Shown here in pieces: positions 27,049 to 40,300 of a DNA stretch of 64,000 nucleotides. The first letter of the stretch is position 1. Each line of letters opens with the position of its first letter. The notes below the pieces were generated by a model. The model was given only the letters and a program-made list of their open reading frames with translations, was not told where the DNA came from and did no database searches. Origin of the DNA: Balanoglossus misakiensis (taxonomy: Eukaryota; Animalia; Hemichordata); contig CM082598.2 of assembly GCA_040954595.2 (NCBI GenBank), forward strand, positions 8,137,097-8,201,096. The letters run 5' to 3'. The translations under genes and the position numbers were made by a program.

Positions 27049-28810
27049 CTGAAAGAATTTTGATGAAATCAATTTGTAATTCTTGAGGGATGATATGTGT
27101 TTTACCAGGTCCCATTTGGTATATGCATATATACCATTGGAACCTTATGGGATTGGTTGCGTCTGTAATAGTATTTATCAGAAATTTCATTTAAGGGTGT
27201 GCATCAGATGTAGTTTCCTTGATTTTGTTTTTCAAATCAAGGGGAAGAAATCAACTGTATATTTTTGGGATGATTTAGGACATTCTTGGTCAAAAAATAT
27301 TTCTCAAAAGCCTCTACCCTGATTGCTTTGAAATTTGCAAACCATTTAATGAAAGTGTTGATTTTGTATTCTTGTGGCTGTTTTTTCCATTTTTGGTACA
27401 AAAATCAATTTCTCTGAAATGGGTTGTCCATCCAATTGCTTTGCAATTTACTAAATGTAGTTTCCTTTGGGGATTGTTATTATGATATATCAAAATTATA
27501 GTGAAAATGAAAATCTTGTATTTTTGTATTATGTTTTCTATGTTTCCATGTATTAGTTGATATCAGAAAGTTTTCAATTGATTTCTGTAAAATTTGAGTT
27601 GTGAGTCAACGGGATGTGCTCCTTTAGAATTATAATGGGATCAAATCAAAGTAAAATTTGAATTGTTGTATTTTATGACATTTTGTCTTATACATTTACC
27701 ACAATTTTTTTTATCTCAAGCAGAAAAATATCCTGAACATTGTTCTTTGCAAGTTAGATGAAATCCCCTAATGAGTTTTTTTTACACAGAAAATGTCTAC
27801 ATGTTTATATAACTTAGCCCATCTGTCAAGAGACAGTTCTATTTGCTGTTCTATTTGGTGTGTGCACAGTACACATGCCATTGGCAGCTCACGTGTCAGT
27901 CAATGGCCAGTCAGTGTTTGCCTGTTGATCTGTGTGTGTGTATTCTGGTGTAAACCTTTCCTTCCGTAATCCTTAAACGGGACCACACTGTCCTTGACGG
28001 TATTTTTCTCTATGATTCTGAAATTGTCATGATAATTCCAGGCCCTTACACTAGGCACTTTGCAAATGTTAGCAGCTGAGTTATCGAACCCTATCAAAAT
28101 ACCTAAACTGTTTCTTTTGCTACTTACAACATATGTCTGTGACAAATACTGCTTCATCATTTTATTATATAAATGCTCAATTGCAACACTGATTTGAGAG
28201 AAATGTATCTTGGCTTATTTTATAGTTCTGTAAATATTTTCCAAGTACATGTAGTACTGTTGACAAAATTTGGTTAACTACTGCTTTATACTGTCATGGG
28301 CACCAACTCCGTCAATTATATGTGATTGAACTGCCAGTATGAACTCTCATAAACCACCACATTTCCACTCCACTATGACCAATTGATCTGAGTGAAACGG
28401 CGTCACAATGAAATTTGGACTGTCATAAGCCATATATCACATGTAAGCAATATGGATGATTTTGATGCTTCTTTATGCTTTGTACTGTGTAAAGCTCTGT
28501 TGTGTCAGCTAGTTTCTGGTTTGAGTCTAGTCATGGATTTCATTGTCAATACATGATGCGATTGCTGTTATCATAGAAAATAGAGTTCAAGTCAACAACA
28601 GTCTTTAAACATATGCATACTGTGTCTTCTAGCAGAATACTTGGTGTATAAAAGCACTTTTGACAACTTGTATGGCATTTATATTCTACTGGGTGTATCA
28701 ACTAATAGTTTGTTCTATTGGCGGAAGCATGTAGAAATGTTCAGTGTTACCAGTAGGAGATGAGGTACAACAGATAGTTATTTTATGTTATGCTTTTAAT
28801 ATCATTTCAG

Positions 28811-29972
28811 ATGTATAAGGGAAAAGAAGACCTGACCAAAGGTAAATGTGAAATGTACTGTAAATGTAGGAAGATACTTTTTCCCTTGGAAATTTTGTAC
28901 TCGTCAATTTGGATAATTCACAAAAATTGTTTTCTAGAATTCGTATTTTTCAGCACAGTTGCTTTCTCACTTGATGCCTATGGAATATCCAACTCATTGA
29001 AAAAAGTGCAACTGTTCAAACAATTTAAGTAACACTTAATGTTTTTTTATCCCTTGAAAGAGAGTCAAGAAGCATTGGGGCGACTAGCCGAACAGTTTCG
29101 GATGAAAGAGGCCAAAGTAAAGTCCAAGAGATTGAAGCGATCTGCTCCAAAGTTTCCAGAACAACAGGTAGGAATTGCAATCCAAATGATACATACATGT
29201 AGAAAGATAAAAACTGCCTTTCTTCATGTATTTTGGGAAGTTTTTAGCCCCCCCCCCACCACTAACCTTTTTGTATTTTGTCTACACTTTTGTTTTCTTT
29301 CCATTCTACACCCAATAGCATGATGAATTGCCCAGTACATGTATTTAATTTCTCATCATCTAATTTACAGACAAGGTAAACATTCTAGACACTGGTAATT
29401 TCATCATGCTTTAGGGAATAGAATAGAAGTGTAGAGACCAAGGTTATGTACAGTTCAGCCTTTAAGCATTAAACGTAATTGCTAGGAGTTATAACACATG
29501 TTTTCTTCATATCCATGCAATGTACAAGTCTTTTCCTTGTTAGTTATTTCCTGATATTATGAAAATTTAAGTTTATATTCATGCCATTTTACATACATTT
29601 ATTAAAATTGTGATGTTTACCCTATTTTGTAACATTTTCATTAAGGTGTTAAATGTTACACCATTGATAAAAGACAATAAAGGAGTCCTAAAGAAAATGG
29701 GGGCAGTACTACCATCAGCTGTTGGCAGAAAAAGTCAGGTGGCTATTACCGTGGACAGTGGCTCAAATGCCATGCACTGGGCGCAGAGTGTATCGACACA
29801 CTTCATAGACGTGGATTTTGTACCGTATGAGATGAATGACATAGGAGTGTTCATACGGATGAAGGACCCAATGAATTTTCAATTAAAAGAGCTGAAGGAC
29901 AAATACAAACGTATGAAGGCGAAGACAGACAAGTTGCCAGTCTTCATGTTTGCAGTCGGGCAGAGTGAGTAA
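28811..29972 (+). CDS. Three-exon orphan ORF (~154 aa, basic; may be the 3' part of a longer gene)
   Basis: Exons 28811-28841, 29061-29167 and 29646-29972 have canonical sites and compatible phases: MYKGKEDLTKESQEALGRLAEQF..PEQQVLNVTPL..FAVGQSE*. Confidence 0.6.
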
Positions 29973-30216
29973 ATTATATAAATTATATTTCAGAGCTAGA
30001 GGTAATGGACCTTTATTAACACATTGATTAAATTTGAAAATACAAAGTACCAAAATTCAGGATTTTGTATGAAAAAATGAAAAAGTAATTAATTGAACAT
30101 TTTTAACCAAAAATATAAAAACATTATTTTATTTATACATGTGTGGTAACATATGTAAACTGGGCAGACTGAAGAAGATATCTGCCCTTATTGATCATAC
30201 TATCTAAGTAAGTTAC

Positions 30217-30750
30217 TTAAGCAATAAGCCCTGCTGTAAGCGGGTATACGCGAGATTTGGGTACAATTCGAGACATATAGCGCGAGCTGTCAGGCGAGTC
30301 TATATGGAGCAAATTGTACCCAAATCGAGTGATATTATATCAACAATTGTTTTTGTGGCATATCAGTGTCATTTTCTTACCGAGACGGCGTCACAAAGAG
30401 AAATTACGATCGTGAACCAACATGGCGACGATGAATGTAAACACGAGCGGCCGGGATCGAGCATTAAACATGAAGCAGACGACAAAAAGTGACAAGACGG
30501 GCATCGCGCGTGGCAAAGTTACAAATATTTCCACAGAGCAGTTCCAAAATAAAACGATTAATTCAACAGTATTTTTGTTTTATTTAGTTGGTTTAAACAC
30601 GCGCGGCTGTGGTTTAACCGCACATTTGTGCTGCCGCATGCTAGTTCAGGGGCCCGTTTAAGCACTGCCAGCAGTGCTATATGACTTTTTTAGCATCGCT
30701 GGATTGAGCTCTCATCCAATCAGAATTGCGGACGGTAGCATGATATACAT
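30217..30750 (+). mobile_element. Non-autonomous Crypton-like element
   Basis: Starts TTAAGCAATAAGCCC with a subterminal hairpin GATTTGGGTACAATT..AATTGTACCCAAATC. Its 3' end CCAATCAGAAT.. is shared with 6375-6480 and 54108-54200. Confidence 0.6.
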
Positions 30751-30835
30751 GTAATATAATTGCAGATATTTTGGTCAGGGTCACAGAAAAATATGTTCTA
30801 ATCACAGGGATAGGGGAAATAGTTAAATAATATAA

Positions 30836-30990
30836 GGTTATCGCCCCATATCACCTCTTGTGTTGGGCCATATTTACCGCTCTAGTGGGTTGTGAGCCGC
30901 ATCACACGAGTCGAAGACGAGTGTGACGCAGCTCACAACCCACACGAGCGGCAAATATGGCCCAACAAGAGGTGATATGGGGCGAAAACC
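30836..30990. repeat. Long subterminal hairpin of the Crypton element
   Basis: ~70-bp imperfect inverted repeat TCGCCCCATATCACCTCTTG.. / ..CAAGAGGTGATATGGGGCGA directly upstream of the YR remnants. Confidence 0.85.
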
Positions 30991-31169
30991 GATTTATCAT
31001 ATGCCCAAACACACACACCTGTACGCAGAGCTATATGAACCCGCTACTTTGACGAGCTCAATCAGCGGGAAATCGAGCGTTATCTTCAGGACAACGGTTA
31101 CCCGGTCTCCATCATCCGTGGCAATGAATTCCAACGCTCCCGAAAATGCCTCACAGAAAAATGAGTTGA

Positions 31170-31796
31170 ACAAAAAAACAGGGACAAAGAAATAAGCCAC
31201 AAGCTGCCCAAGTGATTACTGATAAGGAAGAACAACTTTTGATTGAAAGAGGATTTGTCGGTCGATCGACTCCCGAAGCGTTGTTCAACGCAGTTTGGAT
31301 GAACAACACCAAGATGTTGGGCTTTCGCGGTGGCCAAGAAAACCGGTAATTGAAATGGGAGGGGGGGGGGGGATATCAAGCTCAAAAGACGGCCGACCAC
31401 AAAGAATATCTCGAATTCACCGAAAGGGAGACGAAGACTGCAGATTTAGACAGGCTGGTGCGAAACCACGACCCTTCAACCCCAAAATCTTCGCCACTCC
31501 CGAGAAGCCAGACACATGTCCCATAGCCACATCCAAGGAGTTCGCAAATCGTCGCCCCGTTGAAATGAATACCCTAGACAGCCCCTTCTACTTGCATTGG
31601 CAATCAATTATTCGCCGTCATCAACCATATGGTTTAAGAAATCTCCAATGGGAAAGAATAAGTTGGCAACAGTCGTCCGAAGTATGAGCGAGAAAGCAGG
31701 CATCAGAGGGGAAAAAAACAATCACAGCATGAGAAAAACAGCCATCACGAAATTGTTGCACGCCGGTATTCCACCGACCCAAGTGCAACAGTTATC
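31170..31796 (+). pseudogene. Crypton tyrosine recombinase (DUF3504-like), 5' part, frameshifted
   Basis: Across frames: TPEALFNAVW..LGFRGGQE, EFTERETKT, FNPKIFA, CPI, PMGKNKL, NHSMRKTAITKL..TQVQQL. Confidence 0.85.
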
Positions 31797-32817
31797 TATG
31801 GAAAGCCATAACTGCCTTAAGTGAACTGAACTCATGTTCTCTTGTGTATTTAACATGTTGTCTTGTACATTTAATATGTTGTCTTGTGTATTTAACATGT
31901 TTTCTTGTGCATTAAACATGTTTTCTTGTGCATTTCATATATGGTCCTGTGCATTTAACATGTTGTCTTGTGCATTTCTATATGGTCCTGCGCATTTAAC
32001 ATGTTGTCTTGTGCATTTTATATTGTCTTGTCCATTTAACATGTTGTCTTGTGCATTCATATACGCTGTCTTGTACATTTAACATGTTGTCCTGTGCATT
32101 TCTATATGTTGTCTTGTCCATTCATATACGTTGTCTTGTGCATTTCTATATGTTGTCTTGTGCATTTCTATATGTTTTCGTGTGACTTTAATATGTTGTC
32201 CTGTTCATTTCTATATGTTGTCTTGTCCATTCATATACGCTGTCTTGTACATTTAACATGTTGTCCTGTGCATTTCTATATGTTGTCTTGTCCATTCATA
32301 TACGTTGTCTTGTGCATTTCTATATGTTGTCTTGTGCATTTCTATATGTTTTCGTGTGACTTTAATATGTTGTCCTGTTCATTTCTATATGTTGTCTTGT
32401 CCATTTATGTACGTTGTCTTGTGCATTTCTATATGTTGTCTTGTGCATTTCTATATGTTGTCTTGTGCATTTCTATATGTTGTCGTGTGACTTTAATATG
32501 TTGTCCTGTTCATTTCTATATGTTGTCTTGTTTATTTATATACGTTGTCTTGTGCATTTCTATATGTTGTCTTGTCCATTCATATATGTTGTGGTGTGCC
32601 TTTAACATGTTGTCCTGTTCATTTCTATATGTTGTCTTGTCCATTCATATACGTTGTCTTGTGCATTTCTATATGTTGTCTTGTGCATTTCTATATGTTT
32701 TCGTGTGACTTTAATATGTTGTCCTGTTCATTTCTATATGTTGTCTTGTCAATTTATATATGTTGTCTTGTCCATTCATATTGGTTGTCTTGTCCATTCA
32801 TATACGTTGTCTTGTGC
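31797..32817. repeat. Left TIR built of 21-22-bp tandem repeats
   Basis: More than 40 variants of TGTTGTCTTGTGCATTTCTATA; inverse of 45697-46599. Confidence 0.92.
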
Positions 32818-32929
32818 TTGTGGTGTTTTATAATGATTATCAAAGTATATACCATAATGCAACAGTATGAGCATGCTCAGTAGATTTTTACATAATAACA
32901 CGCAAGAAAGATAGCGTTGAAGAGGTATC

Positions 32930-34288
32930 ATGGCATCTATGAGAGACATTCTAGAAAGTCTACAAATGGGGAATCTCAGTGACAACTTTGAGAGTGAAAA
33001 GGTAACACCAGAATTAGTGTGTAAACTTTCTGTGCCAGAACTGGAGGAGCTTGGTCTTCAAAACAGGGCAGACATGATGGCATTACGTATTGCGTGCACC
33101 ACACGTGGAGGGGAAACTCCAACAAAAGCCCATGGATTATATGGTGGTGCTCCAGAATTTGTCATTCCCAAATGCATCTTAGAACATTTTTTTGATGAAG
33201 GATTCACAGTTACTGAAGTGGCATCTATGTTATCTGTTTCGGAGCGTACTATTTACCGCAGAATGATGCATTATGGGCTGAGTAAGATGAATTTCTCTGA
33301 TATCTCTGATGGTGACCTGGATGATAATGTACAGCAACTGACAGTGGAATTCCCTTATTGTGGTGAAAATATGATCAAGTATATGTTGCAAGAAAAGGGA
33401 ATTAAAGTCCAACGGATGAGGCTCCGTGATAGTATCCACAGGGTAGATGCTGAGGGTGTTAATTCCAGAAGAAAAGGTCGTTTACAAAGACGTGTCTACA
33501 ATGTGAAGGGACCAAATCACTTATGGCATATTGATACCAACCATAAGTTAATTAGATGGCATTTTGTGATATTTGGGGGCATTGATGGCTTCAGTAGACT
33601 ACCTGTCATCCTATCCTGCAGCAACAACAATAAGGCACCCACATTGCTGGAATACTTCAAGTCCGGTGTTGAGAATTTTGGTCTTCCCAGTCGTGTAAGG
33701 TCTGACATGGGTCGTGAAAATATACTGATAGCTGAGTATATGATTGAGAGACGGGGACCCAACAGGGGAAGCATGATTACAGGCAAAAGTGTGCATAATC
33801 AGAGGATTGAGCGATTATGGAAAGATGTGTATGAAGGTGTTCTGAGCCTTTACTACCAACTATTTTACTTCATGGAAGAAAGAGGTGTACTTGACCCACT
33901 GAATGTACTGCACTTTGCAGCTCTTCACTATGTGTTCATGCCTAAAATAAATGAAAAGTTAGAAATCTGGAGGAAAGCTTGGGCTCGACATCGTATGCGT
34001 ACAACAAAGACATCACCTCTGCGTTTGTGGATATCTGGACAGATGAATGATCCAGTTGGTATTGATGACTCTGACATTGGTTTGTATGGAGTAGAGGGTG
34101 TCATCAATGATGATTCAGAGGAGACAGACTCGCGACCAATCATCGAGCCACCATCATTTCAAATGGGTCAACAGTGTATGGATGCACTATCTCAGCACAT
34201 ATTACCAAACTGGACATCAGACAACTATGGCATTGACATTTATAATATAGCAGTTCAAATCATACAGGACAATGCTGATCAAAATTAG
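32930..34288 (+). CDS. IS3EU-type DDE transposase: SAM-like N-terminus, HTH, integrase core (452 aa, intact)
   Basis: Motifs [41 protein letters not shown]; [22 protein letters not shown]. Uninterrupted ORF. Confidence 0.92.
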   Translation: MASMRDILESLQMGNLSDNFESEKVTPELVCKLSVPELEELGLQNRADMMALRIACTTRGGETPTKAHGLYGGAPEFVIPKCILEHFFDEGFTVTEVASMLSVSERTIYRRMMHYGLSKMNFSDISDGDLDDNVQQLTVEFPYCGENMIKYMLQEKGIKVQRMRLRDSIHRVDAEGVNSRRKGRLQRRVYNVKGPNHLWHIDTNHKLIRWHFVIFGGIDGFSRLPVILSCSNNNKAPTLLEYFKSGVENFGLPSRVRSDMGRENILIAEYMIERRGPNRGSMITGKSVHNQRIERLWKDVYEGVLSLYYQLFYFMEERGVLDPLNVLHFAALHYVFMPKINEKLEIWRKAWARHRMRTTKTSPLRLWISGQMNDPVGIDDSDIGLYGVEGVINDDSEETDSRPIIEPPSFQMGQQCMDALSQHILPNWTSDNYGIDIYNIAVQIIQDNADQN

Positions 34289-35080
34289 TCAATAATTTTC
34301 AAAGTGCTTAAGTCGCACATATTTGACGGATTAAAAGAAATGACAATACTTTCAATTTTACTGATCATGTGGATTTTTGGTTTCTCATTTGTATGTACAT
34401 GTATAATGACAATCTGTAAAAAATATAGGGGTCACCACGCTTGTTATCGAAATACAAGGCCGCGAATTTAGTCCCTAATGCTACGGAAAAAGATGAATAC
34501 ATGCAGTTTTTCAGTTTGTTCTGTGCATACATCATTAAGAGCATTTGTACACAGAGCAGTAAAAGTTTTAAATAATATACCTTCACAGGCGAAACTGTCC
34601 CAAATACTTTTGTTTCACTCATTTCACTCTTTCCGATACTATTGTTTTTTCTTATTACAGTCTCTAATGAATATGCTATCATTTCTTCACATTTGGGAAT
34701 AAAATAGCTTTAAGTACACATTTTTAATAGAGAACAATGACAACTTTATTGACCATTAAATCATGACCGAAAAAAGAAACTGAACATCTCAGACAGTAAA
34801 CATTTACCAACAGCTAACAGCTACTTCTAGAAGCTCTACAGATTCTACTATATTGTATTATATTCTTTCTACTTTAGACTGATATTGATTTTCATCTGTC
34901 AGCCAAATCAGTATTACCGGTAAGATGTATGTTTAATAGATTAAAATGAAATAACATGATACATACCATGGTCACAGTAAAAATGTGAAACGTTTCATAT
35001 GGGGTCACACATACACCATTAAGACGTTTCAGAAACATTGCAGATCAAATACTGGCGTAAATTATGCGTAAACGGTTTAA

Positions 35081-35420
35081 AGGGACAAAGTCTCTCTCTC
35101 GCTGCCCTATTCCCATTATGTTTAATACAAGACACTGTTTATGTTAATGTAGTAAATGTGGATATATAATCAACGTTCAACCACACACACCTTCCATCTC
35201 ACTTGTAGACACGAGAGTGAAAAAAACTCGCCAAATGAATAATTGTTCTCAACCATTTTTTTCATTTGAGCGAGTTTTTACTCTCATATCATACAAGCAG
35301 AATGGAAGGTGTGTGTGGTTGAACAGTCATTCACTACACATACACATGTATATTAACATAAACAGTGTCTTGTATCAAACATAATGCAAACAGGGCAGTG
35401 AGAGAGATAGGCCGTGCACA
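35081..35420. mobile_element. Palindromic TTAA-flanked (Kolobok-like) MITE; relatives at ~17729-17825, ~37485-37657, ~39791-39826
   Basis: TTAA|AGGGACAAAGTC end, long internal inverted repeat, four copies or fragments in the window. Confidence 0.6.
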
Positions 35421-35932
35421 TTAATAAAAAAATGGTGTCAAGGACACTGTGGTCCCATTTGAGGATTACGCAGAAATAGGTAAGTATACACCAGATGATC
35501 AAAAGGTGTAACCTCACACATGGTAAAATTTGAGACACTATTTGTGAACACAGGGTAAAATTTGCCTATGGTAAACAGAGAACATTAATCCTTACAGTTT
35601 CCTTGTGTCCACACAAGCTAAGTTTATGTATAGGCGCTGAGCCTCGGGGGGCCCCATAGACAATGGGTTGAGGAGAGGTGTTAATCCTTACACTGGCTCA
35701 GGTCTGAGAAATGAGTGCATATCAAACATTACCAAAAAACCTATTGGAAAAAGCTAAATCATACAATGCAAACAATTGTGCTGCCGATGGTAATGGATGT
35801 GCAGCTGTTGGTCTCGGCAATGATAATAAATTTATACATGTGTTTGCAGTCGGCAAAAACGACTGCTGCACGGGAACAAATGTTATTGCCGGACTTATGC
35901 AGAAACCGAGCACTGGCTCTTCTTTAGCCCCT

Positions 35933-37376
35933 CCCTTACGAAAAAATAAGGCTTCTGGCGAACAGTTGTGGTAAACGTACCGCAACTTTGCGGCACATAT
36001 ACCGCGACTGTTTGCGGCGCACGTGCGGCTAATGCATATTTTCGCATGTAAATAAGCTGTTGCGGCGCACAGTTGCGGTAAACATACCGCAACTTTGTGG
36101 CACATATGCGGCACGTATGCCAAAACAGGGGTTTGCGGCGTATATGCCGCAAAATCTGCCCTCTTGCAACTTTGCGGCACATATACCGCAACTGTTTGCG
36201 GCGCACGTGCGGCTAATGCATATTTTCGCATGCAAATGAGCTGTTGCGGCGCACAGTTGTGGTAAACATACCGAAACTTTGCGGCACGTATGCCAAAACA
36301 GGGGTTTGTGGCGTATATGCCGCAAATTATGCCAGCTTGCTAATAATTAATCCCTACTGTGGCCCCTTCCTAGCTACCATGCAGCCACCCGTAAAAAGAA
36401 TTGCCAATCTATCCATTCTGTTCTTAAGTTTGCAATGACACATACTTCCCAGTACATGTATCTTGGTTCAGCAAATCTTAATTCTCATGTGAATCTGGTG
36501 TGTCATATTCATACATGTACTTAGGTACTTCCCATAAGGAGAGTTATCCCAAGTATATTCAACAGGCATGGACCAAACATCATTTCTTTGTGAAATTGTG
36601 ACCCTCATTGTTTATTTCAACAACAGGGATTATTTTATAGCTATCTCAAGTGATTCAACTACCACAGAAACCAACAACATTTAGAAAATCACCCAGCTGT
36701 ATACATGTCATTGCAATGTTCTTGTCTCAAGTGTCCTCTTACTGGTATATGTCTTGGATCAACGTACATCAGAGTTTGTCTTTTAGTACAAGATTATGAC
36801 ATCATCCTTAGGAAATTGTTCAAACTACTGACCTCTGGTAATGCACAAATATCGCTACCACAGTATTCAAGTGAAGCAGCTTCCAGCTGTATGGATTGGT
36901 GACATCAAATTCATGGTTTTTGATGGGCATAGAGATCCCAGTGTAACCTTACACAATCAAAATGTCCGCCTAAATGAAATCAGCCTCATTCTCGTTTCTG
37001 CACATGTCACCAAAAAGTAATTATAACCAGCTGTATATTCAAATTCTGTTTACTTGAACGTTCTGGCATATGTGCCGCAACCGTGCCGCAACAGACTCCA
37101 CTGATCACCAGATAATATCAAACTCCCTGTTTACTTTACTGTTGCGGTATATGCGCCGCAAAAGGCTCCACTGATCACCAGTAGTACAAGACACTCTGTG
37201 TTTACTTAAATGTTGCGGCATACGTGCCGCAAAAGGCTTGACTGATCACCAGAAGTGTGTCGGTACTGGCGACCATCGGCGAATAGTCGCCACAATTTTG
37301 CGGTCAGAAATTTGCGTGCCGCACATGTGCCGCAACTTCGCCGCATGCTTGCCGCAAGAAAACAACTTCGTAAGGG
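35933..37376. mobile_element. Non-autonomous EnSpm/CACTA-like element inserted in the last HECT exon
   Basis: TIR CCCTTACGAA..TTCGTAAGGG, 2-bp TSD CT, many subterminal TGCGGC/GCCGCA motifs. Removal restores the frame FVT-G-AKEEP. Confidence 0.8.
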
Positions 37377-40300
37377 CTGTCACAAACTGGAGGATATCAG
37401 TAAGAGTGACAGATCCTCTTCTCCCACCTGAAACAGATTAAAGACAAGAGTAAAAAAACTCACCAAAATAAATAATCGGTCTCTACCATTTATTCATTTT
37501 GGGCAAATTTTTACTCTCATATCATACAAGCGGAATGGAAGGTGTGGTTAAGGTTGAACGTTGATTCACTATATATCCACATGTACATTAACATAAACGG
37601 TATCTTGTATCAAACATAATAAATAGGAAAAGGACCGGGAGAGAGACTATTGTCCCTTTAATGATTATGATTGGGGATAGGATACATATGATACACAGCT
37701 AAAGATTGACAGACCTGCACCAGGTTTGTCACATGCATACATCATACCTGACAGGACAGGTCTGCTGCAGGTCTGAGAGGACATACATGGTGCAGGTCTA
37801 ACAGGTCTGACCCGCACCAGGTCTGATCCAGCAGACTGCTGCAGGTTTGTGTCCATATCGCTGCACATGACCTGTTGGTCAGACATGCACAGGACCTGGT
37901 AAAATTTAGTTGTGTTGTACCCATGGAATGTTAATTTTCAAAAGCAGTTTCTGTATACATATAATTCAAACTGTCACTAAAGTGCAAAAGACAGGTGGCA
38001 ATGAATTGATTAGGGTGCAGTACAAGTAATTGAGATATCTGGCTCAAATTTGTCACAATGCAAGCTGTCGTATTACTCTTTTAAATTAAGTGTGTCTCTG
38101 AATTTCTTGGAAGATTTTGTCATAAAAATAATTTTAGAAGGTTTAAATATCCAAGACAACCTTTGGAAAATCATGAGTAAAGCTTGTACTCACACAAATT
38201 TGTGGCATTGCAACACAACATAGGCAAAAACTTACTTTTGAAGCATTATGCAAATTACCTTTCATGTGATAGTCATGTAAACAATGGTGACAGTCTGGTA
38301 ACCACAATTTACCCTATATATAGTTTTTTTTAGCAAATATATAATTTATGGGGGTTCTGAGCTCATTAACCATTAAGGAATTGTTAGATTAAAAATGTCA
38401 ATACATGTACTTGAGTTTTGAGATTCTCGCAAGACATACGAAAACGAGTCTGAGGGTGAGCATGTACTGTGCACACAGACCGAGATTACACGTTCGGTGA
38501 CTGATAAGTTTATTAATATCCATACACTTTCTCGTTCCATGACGCCCGTGGTCGAATTATCTGCTTTCACTATCACTCAGCGAACAACCTGCCATGCGTT
38601 GTTGACCCGCAGCCTTGTTTTGAACTATTCTCACGCCTTGTTCGAGAATCTCGTTCCGGATCTCAAAAACAGAGTATTCCTTGTACTACACCCAATCCTA
38701 AGGATGCCAAGTCAGTTGAAAGGGGTTTGATTTCCAGTGTGCGTAGAATTCTGGCACCCAGGCCTGTTAGGCTGCCAAATTTGCAAAATTTAATCTTGGA
38801 TATGCAGGAAACACAACACAACACATCCATATACAATCAAAATGTTCAACTTACTTGCGACTTCACGTAGGTATTTGATAAATACTGCATACACTTCACC
38901 CTCAAAGCGTCTGTTATTAGAACCTGCATCTGCGAACTCCGGTACCAGTAGGGATTTGATTTTATTCATCGTCAATGTACTGGCTGTATTTTGTTGGAAT
39001 AGGTATTGAAACACAGGTAGGTCCAAACATAACTGGTAATGCAAAGAAAACCAATGATGACATAGTCCTTGCTGCTTTAATGTTGTTAAAATCTTTGGTA
39101 CTCCATTATTATTATTATTGAAAAATAATGATGACTTTGTACATAACAATTGTACACAGATCATCACAGATCGAATGCCATTAACAAATAATTTCATACC
39201 AAGTTTAGATGACAATAATCTAAGAATTGGCATTGCAGTACAACTGAATTGTGACACATTTAGTCATTTGTTTTCTGAAGTAACATTTGGAAATATTGCA
39301 ATGTGCATCAGAGCAAATTACTAGGGTATTACTGATAGATATGGCAGAGGAAATCTTCCTGTTTCAGTGGACCTACCTGATATATCCCTAAAGTGCTCAA
39401 TCCATCCTTCAGCTTCATGATACATAATGGTATCTCTTCACCTTCAGAACCTTTAAACAACCATCGTAGTACATCTTCACTCAAAAACTGAGCTAGCTTT
39501 CCGTTCTGTATCATACTTAGAGCTGTAAGAAAAACTTATTATCATTACTCGTTTTATCTTTAAAGAAAGAATTACAGGAGTTTTACCATACCATCCACTT
39601 GTCAGCATAATTCTAATCTGCTCCTTGCAGTCATATATTTCTGTGAATATGGAAAGGCTTTTATTTTTAGACTTGAGGTGTTCGGCACCCCGAAATCGCT
39701 GACTTCTGAACATTTAATCTTGGGAATAAAAATTGGAGGTCAACCTGCTAGATTTTTGGAAAAAGCACCCTCTATCTAGCACCTCTTTAAAGGGACAAAG
39801 TCTCTCTCTCGCTGCCCTTTTTCCATTACCTTTAAGTTTTTGCTAGTCTTTGTAGATCTTTGTGAAACGGCTTCACAAAGAAGTTTTTTTGGAAGGTCAT
39901 CATATTTTTTACCATTATAGAATCTAATCTAAATGAATGTTTTATTTTTAGTAATTTTGAGATTTCATCTTGTTCAGTATGATAATCACATATCAATACA
40001 ACTACGGTATTAAATTAAACAAAGATTTGCCTAAAAATCTACTTTTATGTAATTTTTTACCATTTCTAGATAAACTTTTTTAAACCTGGTAGATCCTTGT
40101 TTGAAATATATCAAATCAATTTAAGGGGGGAAAATGGTGGGTCACCGCGCAAATTGTTGAGACACAGGAAGTACGTTAAACATGGCTTTCCGGCTGTAAT
40201 CTGATTGGCCTGACCACAACATGAGGTTCAACGGGGAGCTTCTATGGGAGTTGGTCAGATGTAGTGTGAGGCAACAGCATAAGAATACTGTACTACAAAG

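Noticed and set aside
31834-32883. Cys-rich ORFs and CRISPR-like periodicity (mirrored at 45567-46598)
   Set aside because: Contiguous TIR minisatellite with no unique spacers and no cas genes, in a eukaryotic context.
32930-34288. Bacterial IS3/IS481 contamination
   Set aside because: Embedded with a TSD in a eukaryotic Crypton and paired with a spliceosomal-intron gene.
35895-36325. Repetitive ORFs; N-terminal part of ORF 35722..36231
   Set aside because: Derived from subterminal repeats of the CACTA-like insertion. Only 35930-35722 is HECT coding.
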